NCBI GenBank assembly: GCA_964016885.1
Contig: OZ024746.1
Location: 3,286,001-3,350,000 of the forward strand
Length of the DNA: 64,000 nt
From: Eledone cirrhosa
Taxonomy: Eukaryota
Direction: 5' to 3'
Shown here: in pieces, positions 42,607-55,915 of the stretch
Layout: every line of letters starts with the position of its first letter
Position numbering within the stretch: position 1 is the first letter of the stretch
Position numbers and translations under genes: made by a program
Notes under the pieces: generated by a model
What the model saw: only the letters and a program-made list of their open reading frames with translations
Told to the model about the DNA's origin: nothing
The model's database searches: none

Positions 42607-44189
42607 AGCTATATTGCTGAGCTAATCATTGTAAGCTGAGTTAAGCTATATTGCTGAGCTAATCATTGTAAGCTGAGTTAAGCTATATTGCTGAGCTAAT
42701 CATTGTAAGCTGAGTTAAGTTATATTACTGAGCTAATCACTGTAACAAGTTGAGTTAAGCTATATTGCTGAGCTAATCACTGTAACAAGTTGAGTTAAGC
42801 TATATTGCTGAGCTAATCACTGTAACAAGTTGAGTTAAGCTATATTGCTGAGCTAATCACTGTAACAAGTTGAGTTAAGCTATATTGCTGAGCTAATCAT
42901 TGTAACAAGTTGAGTTAAGCTATATTGCTGAGCTAATCATTGTAAGCTGAGTTAAGCTATATTACTGAGCTAATCACTGTAACAAGTTGAGTTAAGCTAT
43001 ATTACTGAGCTAATCACTGTAACAAGCTGAGTTAAACTATATTACTGAGCTAATCACTGTAACAAGCTGAGTTAAGCTATATTACTGAGCTAATCATTGT
43101 AACAAGCTGAGTTAAGCTATATTACTGAGCTAATCACTGTAACAAGTTGAGTTAAGCTATATTACTGAGCTAATCACTGTAACAAGTTGAGTTAAGCTAT
43201 ATTACTGAGCTAATCACTGTAACAAGCTGAGTTAAGCTATATTACTGAGCTAATCACTGTAACAAGCTGAGTTAAGCTATATTACTGAGCTAATCACTGT
43301 AACAAGTTGAGTTAAGCTATATTACTGAGCTAATCACTGTAACAAGCTGAGTTAAACTATATTACTGAGCTAATCACTGTAACAAGCTGAGTTAAGCTAT
43401 ATTACTGAGCTAATCACTGTAACAAGTTGAGTTAAGCTATATTACTGAGCTAATCACTGTAACAAGCTGAGTTAAGCTATATTACTGAGCTAATCACTGT
43501 AACAAGTTGAGTTAAGCTATATTACTGAGCTAATCACTGTAACAAGTTGAGTTAAGCTATATTACTGAGCTAATCACTGTAACAAGCTGAGTTAAACTAT
43601 ATTACTGAGCTAATCACTGTAACAAGCTGAGTTAAGCTATATTACTGAGCTAATCATTGTAACAAGCTGAGTTAAGCTATATTACTGAGCTAATCACTGT
43701 AACAAGTTGAGTTAAGCTATATTACTGAGCTAATCACTGTAACAAGTTGAGTTAAGCTATATTACTGAGCTAATCACTGTAACAAGCTGAGTTAAACTAT
43801 ATTACTGAGCTAATCACTAACAAGCTGAGTTAAGCTATATTACTGAGCTAATCACTGTAACAAGCTGAGTTAAGCTATATTACTGAGCTAATCACTGTAA
43901 CAAGTTGAGTTAAGCTATATTACTGAGCTAATCACTGTAACAAGCTGAGTTAAACTATATTACTGAGCTAATCACTAACAAGCTGAGTTAAGCTATATTA
44001 CTGAGCTAATCACTGTAACAAGCTGAGTTAAGCTATATTACTGAGCTAATCACTGTAACAAGCTGAGTTAAGCTATATTACTGAGCTAATCACTGTAACA
44101 AGCTGAGTTAAGCTATATTACTGAGCTAATCACTAACAAGCTGAGTTAAGCTATATTGCTGAGCTAATCACTAACAAGTTGAGTTAAGC
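42607..44189. repeat. 37-40-bp minisatellite, ~40 copies
   Basis: Unit AGCTATATT(A/G)CTGAGCTAATCA(C/T)TGTAACAAG(T/C)TGAGTTA, with 37/38-bp deletion variants. Confidence 0.97.
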
Positions 44190-44426
44190 ATTATATAATG
44201 TGAAAGTTGTATTTATATCAGCTCCTACACATACAACATTATGAAGAAGTCATTATTTTATGTCTGAATGACATAATAAATTTTGAGACTCTGTGTGTGC
44301 ATGTTCTAGTAGCAACATTTATCTTTGATAAACTAATTAGTTAACAAATATGTTATTTCAATACCATTAACTGTCATTGTGTTTATATAAATTTGTTCCC
44401 TAATTAGTTCCTCCGTGATTTTACAG

Positions 44427-44558
44427 ATACTTCAGTTGACATCCTGTCCTTAGATATCCAAGTGAATGCAGTTGCAACTGCATTAAAAGGTTTCTTTAAT
44501 GATTTAATGGAAGCATTGTTTCCTTCAAACCTTATCAATGAGTTAACAGAAGCATCTG
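44427..44558 (+). CDS. RhoGAPp190: RhoGAP exon (VNAVATALKGFFNDLMEALFP)
   Basis: VAxxLKxFFxxLxxxLxP motif, TTACAG acceptor, G|GTGAGT donor, phase 1-1. Confidence 0.95.
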
Positions 44559-46414
44559 GTGAGTAAAATCTTTATTAACTATGTCTGTTTTGTGTTTTTG
44601 TCTTTAGTCAGAAACATTACTATTCAATAATAGAATTACTTTTTTTTGTTTTGGATTGTTCCTATGTAAAAAATTGTGAGATAGAGCAAGGGAGATGTTA
44701 AAATAGGGTAGAGATACAAAACAAGGAAACATCTTTGATCCTAAAATGGCCTCCTATATTATGGAATGAATTTTACCTTATGATGCAATGGGCTTTCAAG
44801 TTATTGTGCCTCTTTTATCTCAAAGAGTTCTTTAACTGTTGCTTTGCTTGGCTCTGTTTTCATGGAATTCAATGGAAGAGTGATAATCTCTCCCTATATA
44901 GGATGTCAGTTAACCAGAGAGAATATTTCAGGAACATTTGAAACCTAATATTAACTTTTATAAAAAAAACCTGGAGCAATATAAAAATGAGTGTAGTGTG
45001 TAATACATGAGGTATATTAACTTGAAAGCTTATTGTGTGAAAATTGAAATTCCTTCAGTAATATAGGGGGTTGTTTTCCATCTTGCTACAGATGTGTACT
45101 CAAGATATGATATAGTAGTCCAAAACCTTATAGTCCCTTTGCCACAGAGTGGAGCCCACTTAGATGTCTTACGGTTTCCTAGTTTATTGAAAAAGCATCG
45201 TATTTGATATTCTAACCATAAATGGTGGATTGGTTAACATGACAGGCACAATCTTTGAATGATATATTACTGACATCTCTAAGACATTTTGGAAGTTTGT
45301 CTGTAAATTAACATTGAAGGATAGAAAATCTGATGCTGAAGAGCTGAGCAACTAATTATCAGCCTACTAGTTTAAGTATTTTTTACATTATGTTCCTTTT
45401 TAAGAAGAAATAATACTGTAGTTGCTTCAGTCCATACCTTCCTGAAAAGAAATCAAGTGATTTAACTTTAGGAAGGAAAATTGCTTTTATTTTACACCCT
45501 TCTTTCCATGGTCCATGAGTAGGGTGGTTTTTTGTTGAGGCAGTTATTAATTTTACAGTAGGATATCCTTTATGTTGTTAACTGTTCAGATATGAAGCAG
45601 GATTGTAGTTTACTTTGTTAGTTTAACAAAATCTACAATAAACAAAAGTTACATATAATTTGGGAGACACCAAAAGACTAACTAGATATAATTATACAGT
45701 TGTATCTTAATTACAACAAACACAGTTATGTATCGTGTTCTGAAGCAAAGTTTACACTGGTATTGGTCAAATGGAGGGCTAACACCTTCAATTAATACCT
45801 ACTCAACTTCACAAAGAATATAAAGATATTTACAAATACTCTTTTTTTTCTATAGAGGCAAGCATTATTTCTCATATTTGAAAATAAGATTAATAGTTGA
45901 GTTTAGAAGATATTACTTCTAATTATAAAAGATATTCTATTGTATCTGCTCTTTCTCTCAAGAAGACTATTGTTGTTTCTCTTCAATAAATGTCACCACA
46001 CACATTACAAAATACCTTATTGTTTCCATTTCATGCTGCAGAAGGAAAAGATGGAGCAGGTAATAACTTTAGACATTTGTCTGTTGTCATGTTGTCACCT
46101 AATGCACTATTCTTTTCTCTATTCCTCCCTCTCTATAAAAGACAGTTTCACCCATTTTGTATTCACTTTCATTTCGAGATGCTTCCAACTTATAACCAAT
46201 ATATCTATTTAGTAAGAAATACAACAGATGCTTCCAACTTATAACCAATATATCTATGAAATACAACATATACTACCAAGTTTTAACCAATATATTTCAG
46301 ATACTACCAAGTTATAACCAATATACATATTTAGTAAGAAATACAACAACTACTGGCACAGCTATTTACAATCTTTTATTTCTATTATTTTTTAAAATAT
46401 GCTTTTGCATCATA

Positions 46415-46578
46415 TAGTTACGTCCCTTTACATCCTGAGTTCAAATACCGCTAAGGTTAGCTTTGCCTTTCGTTCTTACGGGGTCAGTAAATAAAGTACC
46501 AGTAATGCACTGGGGTCAATTTAATCGATTTTCCCCTCCCCCAAAATTTTGACTTTGTGCCTAAATCAGAAACCATTA
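46415..46578 (+). mobile_element. SINE fragment (fuller copy at 53255-53470)
   Basis: TTCTGAGTTCAAAT..., CTTTGCCTTTC..GGGGTC..AAAGTACCAG, TGTGCCTAAATxAGAAACC shared with 53255-53470. Confidence 0.7.
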
Positions 46579-47624
46579 TTTTTTTGCAAATTTTCTTTTG
46601 TTTCTTTTTTTTTTTTTTTTTTTTTTGTAAGTTTACATCTCATTTATATAATCTTCTGTAAAGCTGATATAATTTTGGGGAATTAAGTCTTATTAGAAAC
46701 GGAAAATGTCCACTGTTAAAAGATTTCTTGATCTATGTTGTAATGTGTTTAAATGTTAAAAGTAAGAACTGATGCTGGTGTATTTGTAAAGCTGAAGAAA
46801 TATGGCAGTTTGTTTATGACAGAGATTTACAGCATCCTAAATGTAGATTGTTTTGAATGTCTTTGGAGAAACTATTAGCTAGTTGTTCATTTCAATCCAT
46901 GAAAATCCCTTTTCAAATGCTGAAAATGTACAAAAACCCTTCCCCCTCTCTCTGTCACCCACAATTCTGACTCTACTTCTATTACTGCAATGGTGTCTTC
47001 TTCTCTGGACTTGCTAATTCATCCCCAACATTCAATGAAACCCTTTCTATGCATCTATCTTTCCATCACCTCTCAACCCCCAATCTCCATACTGTAACTT
47101 CATCTTTAGGCTCTACACTGAATTTTAAATGCAATTCCCTATCTACCCCACCCCCCTCATTCTATAGCTCTTTCTAAAATTTACCATAAGGTAAGTAAGT
47201 TTAACACACAAAATGAGGGTTTTTCTGCACTAACTTCTTCACCATTCTTCTCTGGCAGGTCTACAGCTTATGTGTTACACTCTACTTCATTGAATCAGCA
47301 CATCAAATAGAAACATTTTAGTAATTCCAGTTTTTATCATTGTTTATTTAAAGTTGTACATATGAACATTGAATAACAATAGAGTACTGTGGCATCTAGA
47401 ATATTCTGAAAGAAATATATTAAGATATTAAGAATCTGAAGAATTTAGGTGGTAAAAAATTGAAAATAAGATCTTTATTTCAGAAAGATGAAACCTGATT
47501 ATCATTTTTTTATATTTTCTTTTGACTTGTACTTATTGCACCCAGTAGAATAAAAAGTGAAGAAAACCCAGGCAGGACTTTCAGAATAAATTTTGTTTGG
47601 TTATCTACTATTTTTGCCAACATG

Positions 47625-47885
47625 GTGGGGGCTCCTTCAGTCATAGCTGACCATATGTTTGCACCTGGAAAGTTCCTCTCCAAGGCACAAGCCAGGGTAA
47701 CGTATTTTTGTGGAAGACCATCAGTTGCTCATGTATGCCAGTCTCCCTTCTCCACTTCACTGATATTGTCCAAGGAATGGCAATGGCCAATACAGCTTGG
47801 CACCAGTGACATTGTAACTCATACACAGCTGAGTAAACTGAAGCAACATGGAATAAAGTATCTTGCTGAAGGACACAACACACCA
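47625..47885 (-). mobile_element. CORE-like SINE fragment with a different 3' part
   Basis: TTGCTxCAGTTTACTCAGCTGT core shared with the SINE at 55577. Confidence 0.65.
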
Positions 47886-48890
47886 GTGCAATTTACTGCA
47901 CTAATATTGTAATGTATAGAATATTAAATAATAATTGTTATTTAATGGCAACAGAGAAACTCTGAAATGGAACTATTACCTAGTCTAAGATGAAAGAACC
48001 GTGTCTGCAGAGAGACGATTCATCAAACAGATAAAACTGACATGTTTGTTTTGTATATTTACCTTAAGAGTTAGTCTACGATATCAGTGACATAGTCTAC
48101 CATATATAGTGACATAGTACACCATATATAGGGACATAGTACACCATATATAGTGACATAGTACACCATATCAGTGAAGCTTGTGGTAATATTTTTTAAT
48201 AAATGTTGTGAACCACACTGAGTTTTCAAATAAAGTAAATCAACATTTTGAATATTTTTTATCTATTAGAAATCTTCAATAGGGATTAGAAAGGATTTCA
48301 TCTTGTCTTTCAACCCTACACTCACACAGAGAGTTTTCCCTGACAATTTATTTACAAATGTTATTTCAAAATATCAACATGGTTCAGGCAAACACTATTG
48401 CAACCAAATTCCTAGAACTGAGCAACATGGTTCTGTCGACTTGGCTTTATCTCTGAGTTGTTGATTAACTCACTCAACATTTTAATACTTCTAAGATGTT
48501 TAAATATTTTTGATATACATTCACACCATTCTTGTTTGTGTCTTTTTATATTAACAATGTTGTAGATTGTGGGCTACAACAGCTGTGTGAGCCAAGTACC
48601 TTGTAAAAGAAAAACAAAACCAAAACAGGCTTTATACTTAGTGTTTGGTTAAAATGAATTAGTAATTTTTACTAGCTTAATAAATTTAAAACTGCTTAAT
48701 TCTAATTGGGAATGGTATCAATTTGTTCTATTCAAGTTAGTTCAGAGAAATTAATGCTGATGGTATAACTGCTATATGTAGTTCCAATAGCTTTTGTTTG
48801 CCAAGTGCATAAATATTGAACATTTTTATTTCAATGTAAACCTGTTTGTGTTTCTCTTTCATGTTATTAAATGTGTTCCTTTAAAATTAG

Positions 48891-48996
48891 GGTTTCCTGA
48901 AAAAACCAGCAGACTATTAGCACTAAGAGGAGTCCTTAAAAAATTACCACCTACAAATTATGAAGTTCTCAAGTACCTCATTACCCATTTCAGTCG
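48891..48996 (+). CDS. RhoGAPp190: RhoGAP exon (LKKLPPTNYEVLKYLITHFSR)
   Basis: LPxxNxxxLxYLxxH motif, TAG acceptor, CG|GTATGT donor, phase 1-2. Confidence 0.95.
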
Positions 48997-49901
48997 GTAT
49001 GTATATAATTGTTTCTACATTTGGCACAAGGCCAGCAATTATCCCAGTGTGTTACTGGTACTTTTGTCAGCAAGACATCAGTTTTCTTCTAAGAGGTTTT
49101 TTATGTTAATTATCATAGTAATTTCTAACTTTGGTAAAAGGCTACAAATTTGGTGTGATATAGTCTATTGAATCAACACTTGTATATTACTGGTATTTAT
49201 TAACACTGGAAGGATGAAAAGCAAATTCATTATTTCTGCAAGAAGTTTGTTTCTCTTCACAGAATCCTAAATTCTACATGGCTCAACCTTTTGGAGACCA
49301 AACCACCTGAAACCATCCCTGGTTCTATGATAGAAAGTTGTTTTTATTTAAATTTAAAACTTCCATTATAATTTCATATAAGAACTTTTAAGTTATGCTA
49401 CAAACACGAGCTTAATAATGGAAAAGTTATTTTACTTAAATCTCTCAAAATTCTTATTTTTAAAATTAATTGCAAGTCACAGTGTCTTTCATTATAAATA
49501 TGGTAACAAAAGGGTTAATTTATCATGGGTTCCTAGTTAACTATGTTTGCATGACAACTGTGATAGAAACATAGGAGACCCTTGGGTAGATCCTGAGCAG
49601 ATGAATTGGAGATAGTTGCTTCTGACAGGACCCCGCTGAAAGGAGTGTTTGAGGACTTTGTCCCTTTAACCAGGAATAAGTGAGCATAGAAGAAGACTTG
49701 GTAGCATGGTTAACATGGCAATACATAAGAATTTATCACATATAGTAACATGTTATGTACATTGAAATGTGGCTTCATTGAGCTTAATTAAATACAGAAG
49801 TAAGTAACATGATCTACTAATTATCTTAACACAGTCTAATATTTTTTGTATTGACTATTTAGTAATAAAATAATGAAGTAATATAATATTTTGTCTTTCA
49901 G

Positions 49902-50091
49902 AATCAGCCGTTCCTATGCTACTAATAACATGGATAGCAAGAATTTGGCAAGGTGTTGGTGGCCAACTTTAATTCGAATGGACTTTCAGTCTTATGGAGA
50001 ATTGACTTACAATTCTCGGATTCCTCTTGAAATTCTACAGACTCTCATTGAACAGTGTGGCTTCTTTTTTCATGGAGAGAATGAAGTATGA
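49902..50091 (+). CDS. RhoGAPp190: RhoGAP terminal coding exon (NNMDSKNLARCWWPTL...FFHGENEV*)
   Basis: NxMxxxNLAxCWWPTL is typical of p190-type GAP domains. TTTCAG acceptor in phase 2, TGA at 50089-50091. Confidence 0.95.
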
Positions 50092-51683
50092 CTTGCTATG
50101 TCTGCTATCCAACTTTTACCTTTGTCCGTATATCTATCATTCTATTTCACTCTCGCCTCTCTGTCCATGGCAACTGTATTGTGGCAACGGATAACCAGCA
50201 GTCTGACATACCAATTAATTTTACAATCATCGCCATAGTAATAATAATATTACTACTGCTACTACTACTACTACTATAACACAGACATCTTTTGTCCCAG
50301 ACATGTTCATCAGACACCAAATGCAATTGTTACGAGCTGCATTCTATTAGAGCAGTCTTAAAGCAATCTCATTATTATCAACTATTATTATTAATTTGTT
50401 TATTTATTTATTTGTTGTTGTTGTTTTTTTAACTGCTCTGAGTAACATTTGGATCAAAAATAGAAATGTTTTGTTTTATTCTAAGAACCAGAATGAGGAT
50501 TGGAAGGTTGCAGAACTACAGATGAAGAATAAAAATACCAATGTTCAACTAATGGTCATCAGATGATAACAAAAGCAATATAGATGCTCCCCTCTTTCGG
50601 CCCTTTTTTTCACCCCACTTAATATTCTACCCTTTCAAAGTTTCAATACAGAGGGTGTAAAGGGTTTGAGTAGTTAATCCAGGAGCAAAGATTAGAAGAA
50701 AAAAAGCTAATAAATGGTTTAATTAATCTTCTCAAGGGATATATACCTGAACTCGGATTTTTCCCCTTTCACATTCCTTTGAAATCTTTAGTGATTAGTA
50801 TGAATATTTATTTTTTTCTTTTCTACATCCCTTTAGAGGAGTTGTTTTATTAGAAGTTAAGAAGTATTGAAATTATTTGGTACAAAATATATTGGATTTA
50901 GTTTTGGTTTTTAAATTTTATTTGGAAAGTTTAACAATTGTAGGGAAAAAGAGAGAAATAGCTGAGAAAAATGAAATTTTTTTCTATAATATGAAACAAC
51001 AGGTTTTCATAGTAAATTGCTCTGTATTGCAGATAATGTCCCTCGGGATGTTCATAAATGATTCACACACACCATAAATTGTTACTTCAGTGTAACTGTT
51101 AGACAGTCTTCATTGGATAAATGTCACCTTGAACATTTATCTATGATTCTGTGACACAGTAATATAACCAAGTTGAATTCTTTTTAAAAAGGTAAAACTT
51201 GTCAGTTTTTCTTAGAGACAATTTTAAACTGGTTTTATCTAAACTTAAGTTGAATTTCACCAGAGCAGTGCAATTAATAGAAAGAATAAAGTTGATTCAT
51301 TTAGTTAGCATCATTTTATAGGTAGCTGTCCAGTTATATACAAGTGAATGACTAATTTAAAATAATTGAAAAGAAAATTAGTTATCTAGTTTTTTTTATG
51401 ACGTTATTTTCAGTCTTGGACATTCCAGACAATATTTTATTAATATTCTTTTCTTTTTTTTTTTTTTTATTTAATTTATTTCCAATACCTGCAGTATTAT
51501 TGTATTGCTAAAGTTAATAAGAAACAGTGTCTCTTGTAATTCTGTTTCGGTATGCTGTGTTCAGTACAATAACTCTTTAGTGGTTAAAATTAAATGTAGT
51601 TAGGAGAAAACACTGCTCTTCATATTGTTTCACAAATTGACAACTGTTTATTTTTTACTACACTCTGCTTATTGTATATTGTA

Positions 51684-51689
51684 AATAAA
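51684..51689 (+). promoter_or_regulatory. Candidate polyadenylation signal of the RhoGAP 3' UTR
   Basis: AATAAA preceded by TGTA elements (ATTGTATATTGTAAATAAA) at the end of a ~1.6 kb, largely repeat-free U-rich stretch after the stop. Other AATAAAs exist. Confidence 0.45.
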
Positions 51690-52070
51690 GTACAACTGAT
51701 TCATAGTGGCTACAGCTTTACTCTTTCATAGTAAAAGTGTCTAGTTTCTACATTACTATTGCTTCTGTTTGATATCCAATGAGAAAACATGGAGATAATA
51801 CTACATGTTACTCCATTGAATATTGTGTATTGTATTCACCTTTGGTGGTAGAGGCCTTTACTTGTAAAAATATAAGCAATCTTCCCATAACAATTATATA
51901 AAATTATCAAATACATAAAGTCATTGCAAATTCTTTGCTAAAAAAAGGAAATAAAAAGTTGATTCAACTATGTTCAGGTGTTTTTGCTAGAATTCTAATA
52001 ATCTTTCATAGTTCTGTTCTAAGTGATATATATAATGTGTGTGTGTGTGTATATCAGTTATATTTCACTG

Positions 52071-52109
<39 letters not shown>

Positions 52110-52473
52110 ATATTTCACTGGCTTTTTCAGTCCTGCGTTAATGCCATGTCTGGTGGAGTTAGACATTGTTTTTAGTGAAGTATTTTTGGTGGGAAGTGTT
52201 TCTTTGAACACTGATCTGTCCAATGTTGTCACTACCTCAGTTATTAGCTGCTAACACATTTAAATATCTATACCTCTGTGTGTGCATACATATACATGCA
52301 CTCATATATATATATATATATACATATACACACACAGACATACATAAACACTGACATGGCCAAGTGGTTGAGAAATTTGCTTTGTAATCATGAGAATAAA
52401 CCTAGAATATGTTGCAGAGTAGGCTGACAACACATAAAACAAGTGTTATGTTTAAATTTTATATGCGCGCACG

Positions 52474-52513
<40 letters not shown>

Positions 52514-52514
52514 T

Positions 52515-52893
52515 ATGTATTTGTTTTGCAAGATTCTTGGTGTGAAATTGTGTGTTGAAACATATATTGTTATATTTAGAGATAGTCATTTTGCCAATAA
52601 AACACATGCACCAATTAATTTTTACTTCAGCTTTATTAGTTATTTCATCAAAGCTATTTCATCACACATTCTGTGACCTCTTCAATGACATTTATTGTCC
52701 TGTGTCTCCTCCAAAAATGGAGTAAATGGATTTAGACCCAAAAAAGAGGAGACACAGAGAACAACAACAAATGTTGTTCAAGGGGTCACAAAATGTGTGA
52801 TGAAAGAATTTTGATGAACTAACTAATAAGAGTTGAAGTGAATATTGAAAAGTGTGTTTTATTGGCAAAATGACCATCTCCAAATATATAATT
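52515..52893. mobile_element. Old fold-back element of the same family as 54136-55111, hammerheads decayed
   Basis: Imperfect arms ~52565-52711 / 52746-52893. Minus-strand TTGAAGA-GGTCACAGAATGTGTGAT-GAAA at 52646-52690. Confidence 0.8.
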
Positions 52894-53254
52894 GTGTGTG
52901 TGTGTGTGTGTATATAATGTATATACCTGATAAGTAATATTGTCTCTGTTACTTAATTAAAAGTCTAAAACATTGTAGTGTTTCCTGATAATTTCATTAT
53001 ATTTTTCCAATCTGTTCAGTCTTATGGACTAAATCACCAGAAGGCATCCATGCTGTGGTGTACATATACTAGGGCTTAAATCTGTATGAAGTAAATATTA
53101 TTGTTAATATTTGTATTATTTTATATTTATGACTCTTGCAGGGTGGGGTGGGGTGATGGTAAATTCAGAAAGATGAAATACAACAAATCTAGTGAACCTG
53201 TTGAAGTGAAAATCTCTAGATCTATATGTACCAGCCATTATTGTTACCAACAGG

Positions 53255-53470
53255 GCACTAGATTGGCAGAATTGGTAGAGCGTCAGACAATATGCTTTTC
53301 AGCATAGTTATGGCCCTTTACGTTCTGAGTTGAAATCCCACCGAGGTTAGCTTTGCCTTTCATCCTTACGGGGTCGAAAAAATAAAGTACCAGTAATGAA
53401 CTGAGGTCGATTTAATCAACTTTCCCCTTCCCCAAACATTTGCTGGCCTTGTGCCTAAATTAGAAACCAA
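53255..53470 (+). mobile_element. SINE with tRNA-like head
   Basis: TGGCAGAATTGG A-box-like and GAGTTGAAATCCC B-box-like sequences. Body matches 46415-46578. Confidence 0.7.
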
Positions 53471-54044
53471 TATTATGACCAACAGTTGTACATCTACTTA
53501 AAGGCACAGCTTTATCATTAAAACTCACTTTTTATAAGAGAAGGACTATATACTAATTTAGTATTGTGTTTCCATCTTAGAGAGGGGAAACTTGTGTAAA
53601 TTGCTGATCTTAACCTGCTGTTGGTTGTTTTCTGTATGATTTTGTTGAGCTTTTCAAACGCCCCCTCATTGATGTCATCCCATTTCTCTTTCTATCCCCT
53701 CCCATCTTCCTGTCTTTTGTCTCCCTTCCCTGTCATTTTTTTTTTCCCTTTATTTTCCTCAAGCAAATAAACATGAAGCTATTATTGTTTGGATAGGGGT
53801 TTTGTTTGTTTGTTTATTCCTTTTCTTCCTCATTACCACTCCCAGTACAGTTTGATCTCGCATCAGTTTGGCCTATTGACCATTTCAATCTTGTTAGTAG
53901 TTACTTATGTTTTCATGTTTACTATCAAAGCAAATCCATTTGTTGTACATGGTGTTGGTGTATATTCATATAAACATACATATTAACATATATATATATA
54001 TAATATATATATATATCATGATGATGATGATATATTATATATAT

Positions 54045-54075
<31 letters not shown>

Positions 54076-54291
54076 ATATTTCGTTTCTGAATTTGTTTAG
54101 CAAGATTCTTTATCTGAAATCGTGTGTTGAAACCGATATTGTTATACTTTGGGAGGGTCAGGTTGCCAATAAGAAACACACGCACCAGTTGCTTTCACTT
54201 CAATTTATTATAATAAATTTATAAAAAATTTATAAATTTATAAATTTCTGGTTGGTTGGTTGGTTCCACAACCAGATAGTTGTTTATATAT

Positions 54292-54336
54292 AGTCATAGT
54301 TCTTTCGTCACACACTCTGTGACCTCTTCAGTGACT
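54292..54336 (-). ncRNA. Minimal type I hammerhead ribozyme
   Basis: Minus strand: AGTCA-CTGAAGA-G-GTCAC(AGAGTGT)GTGAC-GAAA-GAAC-TA-TGACT. Confidence 0.8.
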
Positions 54337-54929
54337 GAGGATTCCTTTCTTTGTTTCTGTGCCTCTCCTTTGTTGTCCTATGCCATTTTGTTTCTGTGTG
54401 TGTGTTGTGTGCTCAGTCTGCGCATGCGCCACATCCGGGTGTCTGTGTTTGTTTATGTTCATTTATTTATTTGTTCATTTACATGTTACTGGTTGGTTGT
54501 TTGTTCTATGTGTGTGTGTGTGTTTTCATTTTGTCCCTAATTGTAAGTTGTGATGTTGCTGTTCCACTCATCTTGTCTATTTAATTTTGGTTGTAATTCT
54601 TTTATGTTTATTGCCTCTGTAATTTGTCTAAACATTGCGTCTTTTCTGTGTGTAGATTCTAGACGCAATGTTTAGACAAATTACAGAGGCAATAAACATA
54701 AAAGAATTACAACCAAAATTAAATAGAAAATATGAGTGGAACAGCAACATCACAACTTACAATTCAGGACAAAATGAAAACAAACAACCAACCAGTAACA
54801 TGTAAATAAACAAATAAATAAATGAACATAAACACACACAGACACCCGGATGTGGCGCACGCGCAGACTGAGCACACAACACACACACAGAAACAAAGGA
54901 GAGGCACAGAAACAAAGAAAGGAATCCCC

Positions 54930-54974
54930 AGTCACTGAAGAGGTCACAGAGTGTGTGACGAAAGAACTATGACT
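54930..54974 (+). ncRNA. Minimal type I hammerhead ribozyme
   Basis: Helix I AGTCA/TGACT, CTGAAGA, helix II GTCAC/GTGAC, GAAA, 2-bp helix III, CUA cleavage triplet. Confidence 0.8.
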
Positions 54975-55133
54975 ATATATAAACAACTATCTGGTTGTGG
55001 AACCAACCAACCAACCAGAAATTTATAAATTTATTATAATAAATTGAAGTGAAAGCAACTGGTGCGTGTGTTTCTTATTGGCAACATGACCCTCCCAAAG
55101 TATAACAATATATATATAATATATATATATATA

Positions 55134-55380
55134 TCCTCATCATTTTATGTCCGCTTTTCCCTGCTTGCAAGGGTGGGACGGGAACTGATTCTGGCTGGAT
55201 GCCCTTCCTAACACCAACCTCATTTACAGTGAGTGGTGGGTGCTTTTTTGCCGTGGCACCTCCACGACCACTTTACAGTGGAATGATAGGGACCCCAGTC
55301 CCTATCATCTCATTTCTACAGCTGAATAAACTGGAGCAATGTGAAATAAAGTGTCTTGCTCAAGGAAACAACACATCACT
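55134..55380 (-). mobile_element. 5'-truncated copy of the chimeric SINE
   Basis: Reverse complement of ~55646-55905. Confidence 0.9.
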
Positions 55381-55449
55381 TGTATATATATATATATACA
55401 ATTATATATGTATTATATATATATATAATTATATATATATATATATAAT

Positions 55450-55496
<47 letters not shown>

Positions 55497-55576
55497 TATA
55501 TTATATATATATATATATGTATTATATATATATATAATTATATATATATATGATGAAGGCATATATATAGGATGAA

Positions 55577-55915
55577 GGCACATGGCTTAGTGGTTAGGGA
55601 ATTGGCCTTGCAATCGAAAGGTTGTGAGTTCAATTCTCAGACCGGGTGATGTGTTGTTTCCTTGAGCAAGAGACTTTATTTCACATTGCTCCAGTTTACT
55701 CAGCTGTAGAAATGAGATGATAGGGACTGGGGTCCATATCATTCCACTGCAAAGTGGTCGTGGAGGTGCCACGGCAAAAAAGCACCCAGCACTCACTGTA
55801 AATGAGGTTGGTGTTAGGAAGGGCATCCAGCTGTAGAAATCAAGCCAGAATCAGTTCCCGTCCCACCCTTGCAAGCAGGGAAAAGTGGACGTAAAATGAT
55901 GATGATGATGATGAT
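55577..55915 (+). mobile_element. Full-length tRNA-headed SINE (CORE-like body + RTE-derived parts)
   Basis: A box TGGCTTAGTGG, B box GTTCAATTC, body shared with the RTE-A 3' UTR, tail shared with RTE-C, (GAT)n. Confidence 0.9.

Larger units (their letters stand above)
54078..55111. mobile_element. ~1 kb fold-back (Penelope-like) element with hammerheads in both arms
   Basis: Arms 54136-54642 and 54661-55111 are near-perfect reverse complements, 18-nt loop, (TA)n flanks. Confidence 0.9.

Noticed and set aside
55577-55650. tRNA gene
   Set aside because: It is the head of a repeated SINE; no proper acceptor stem or Pol III terminator.
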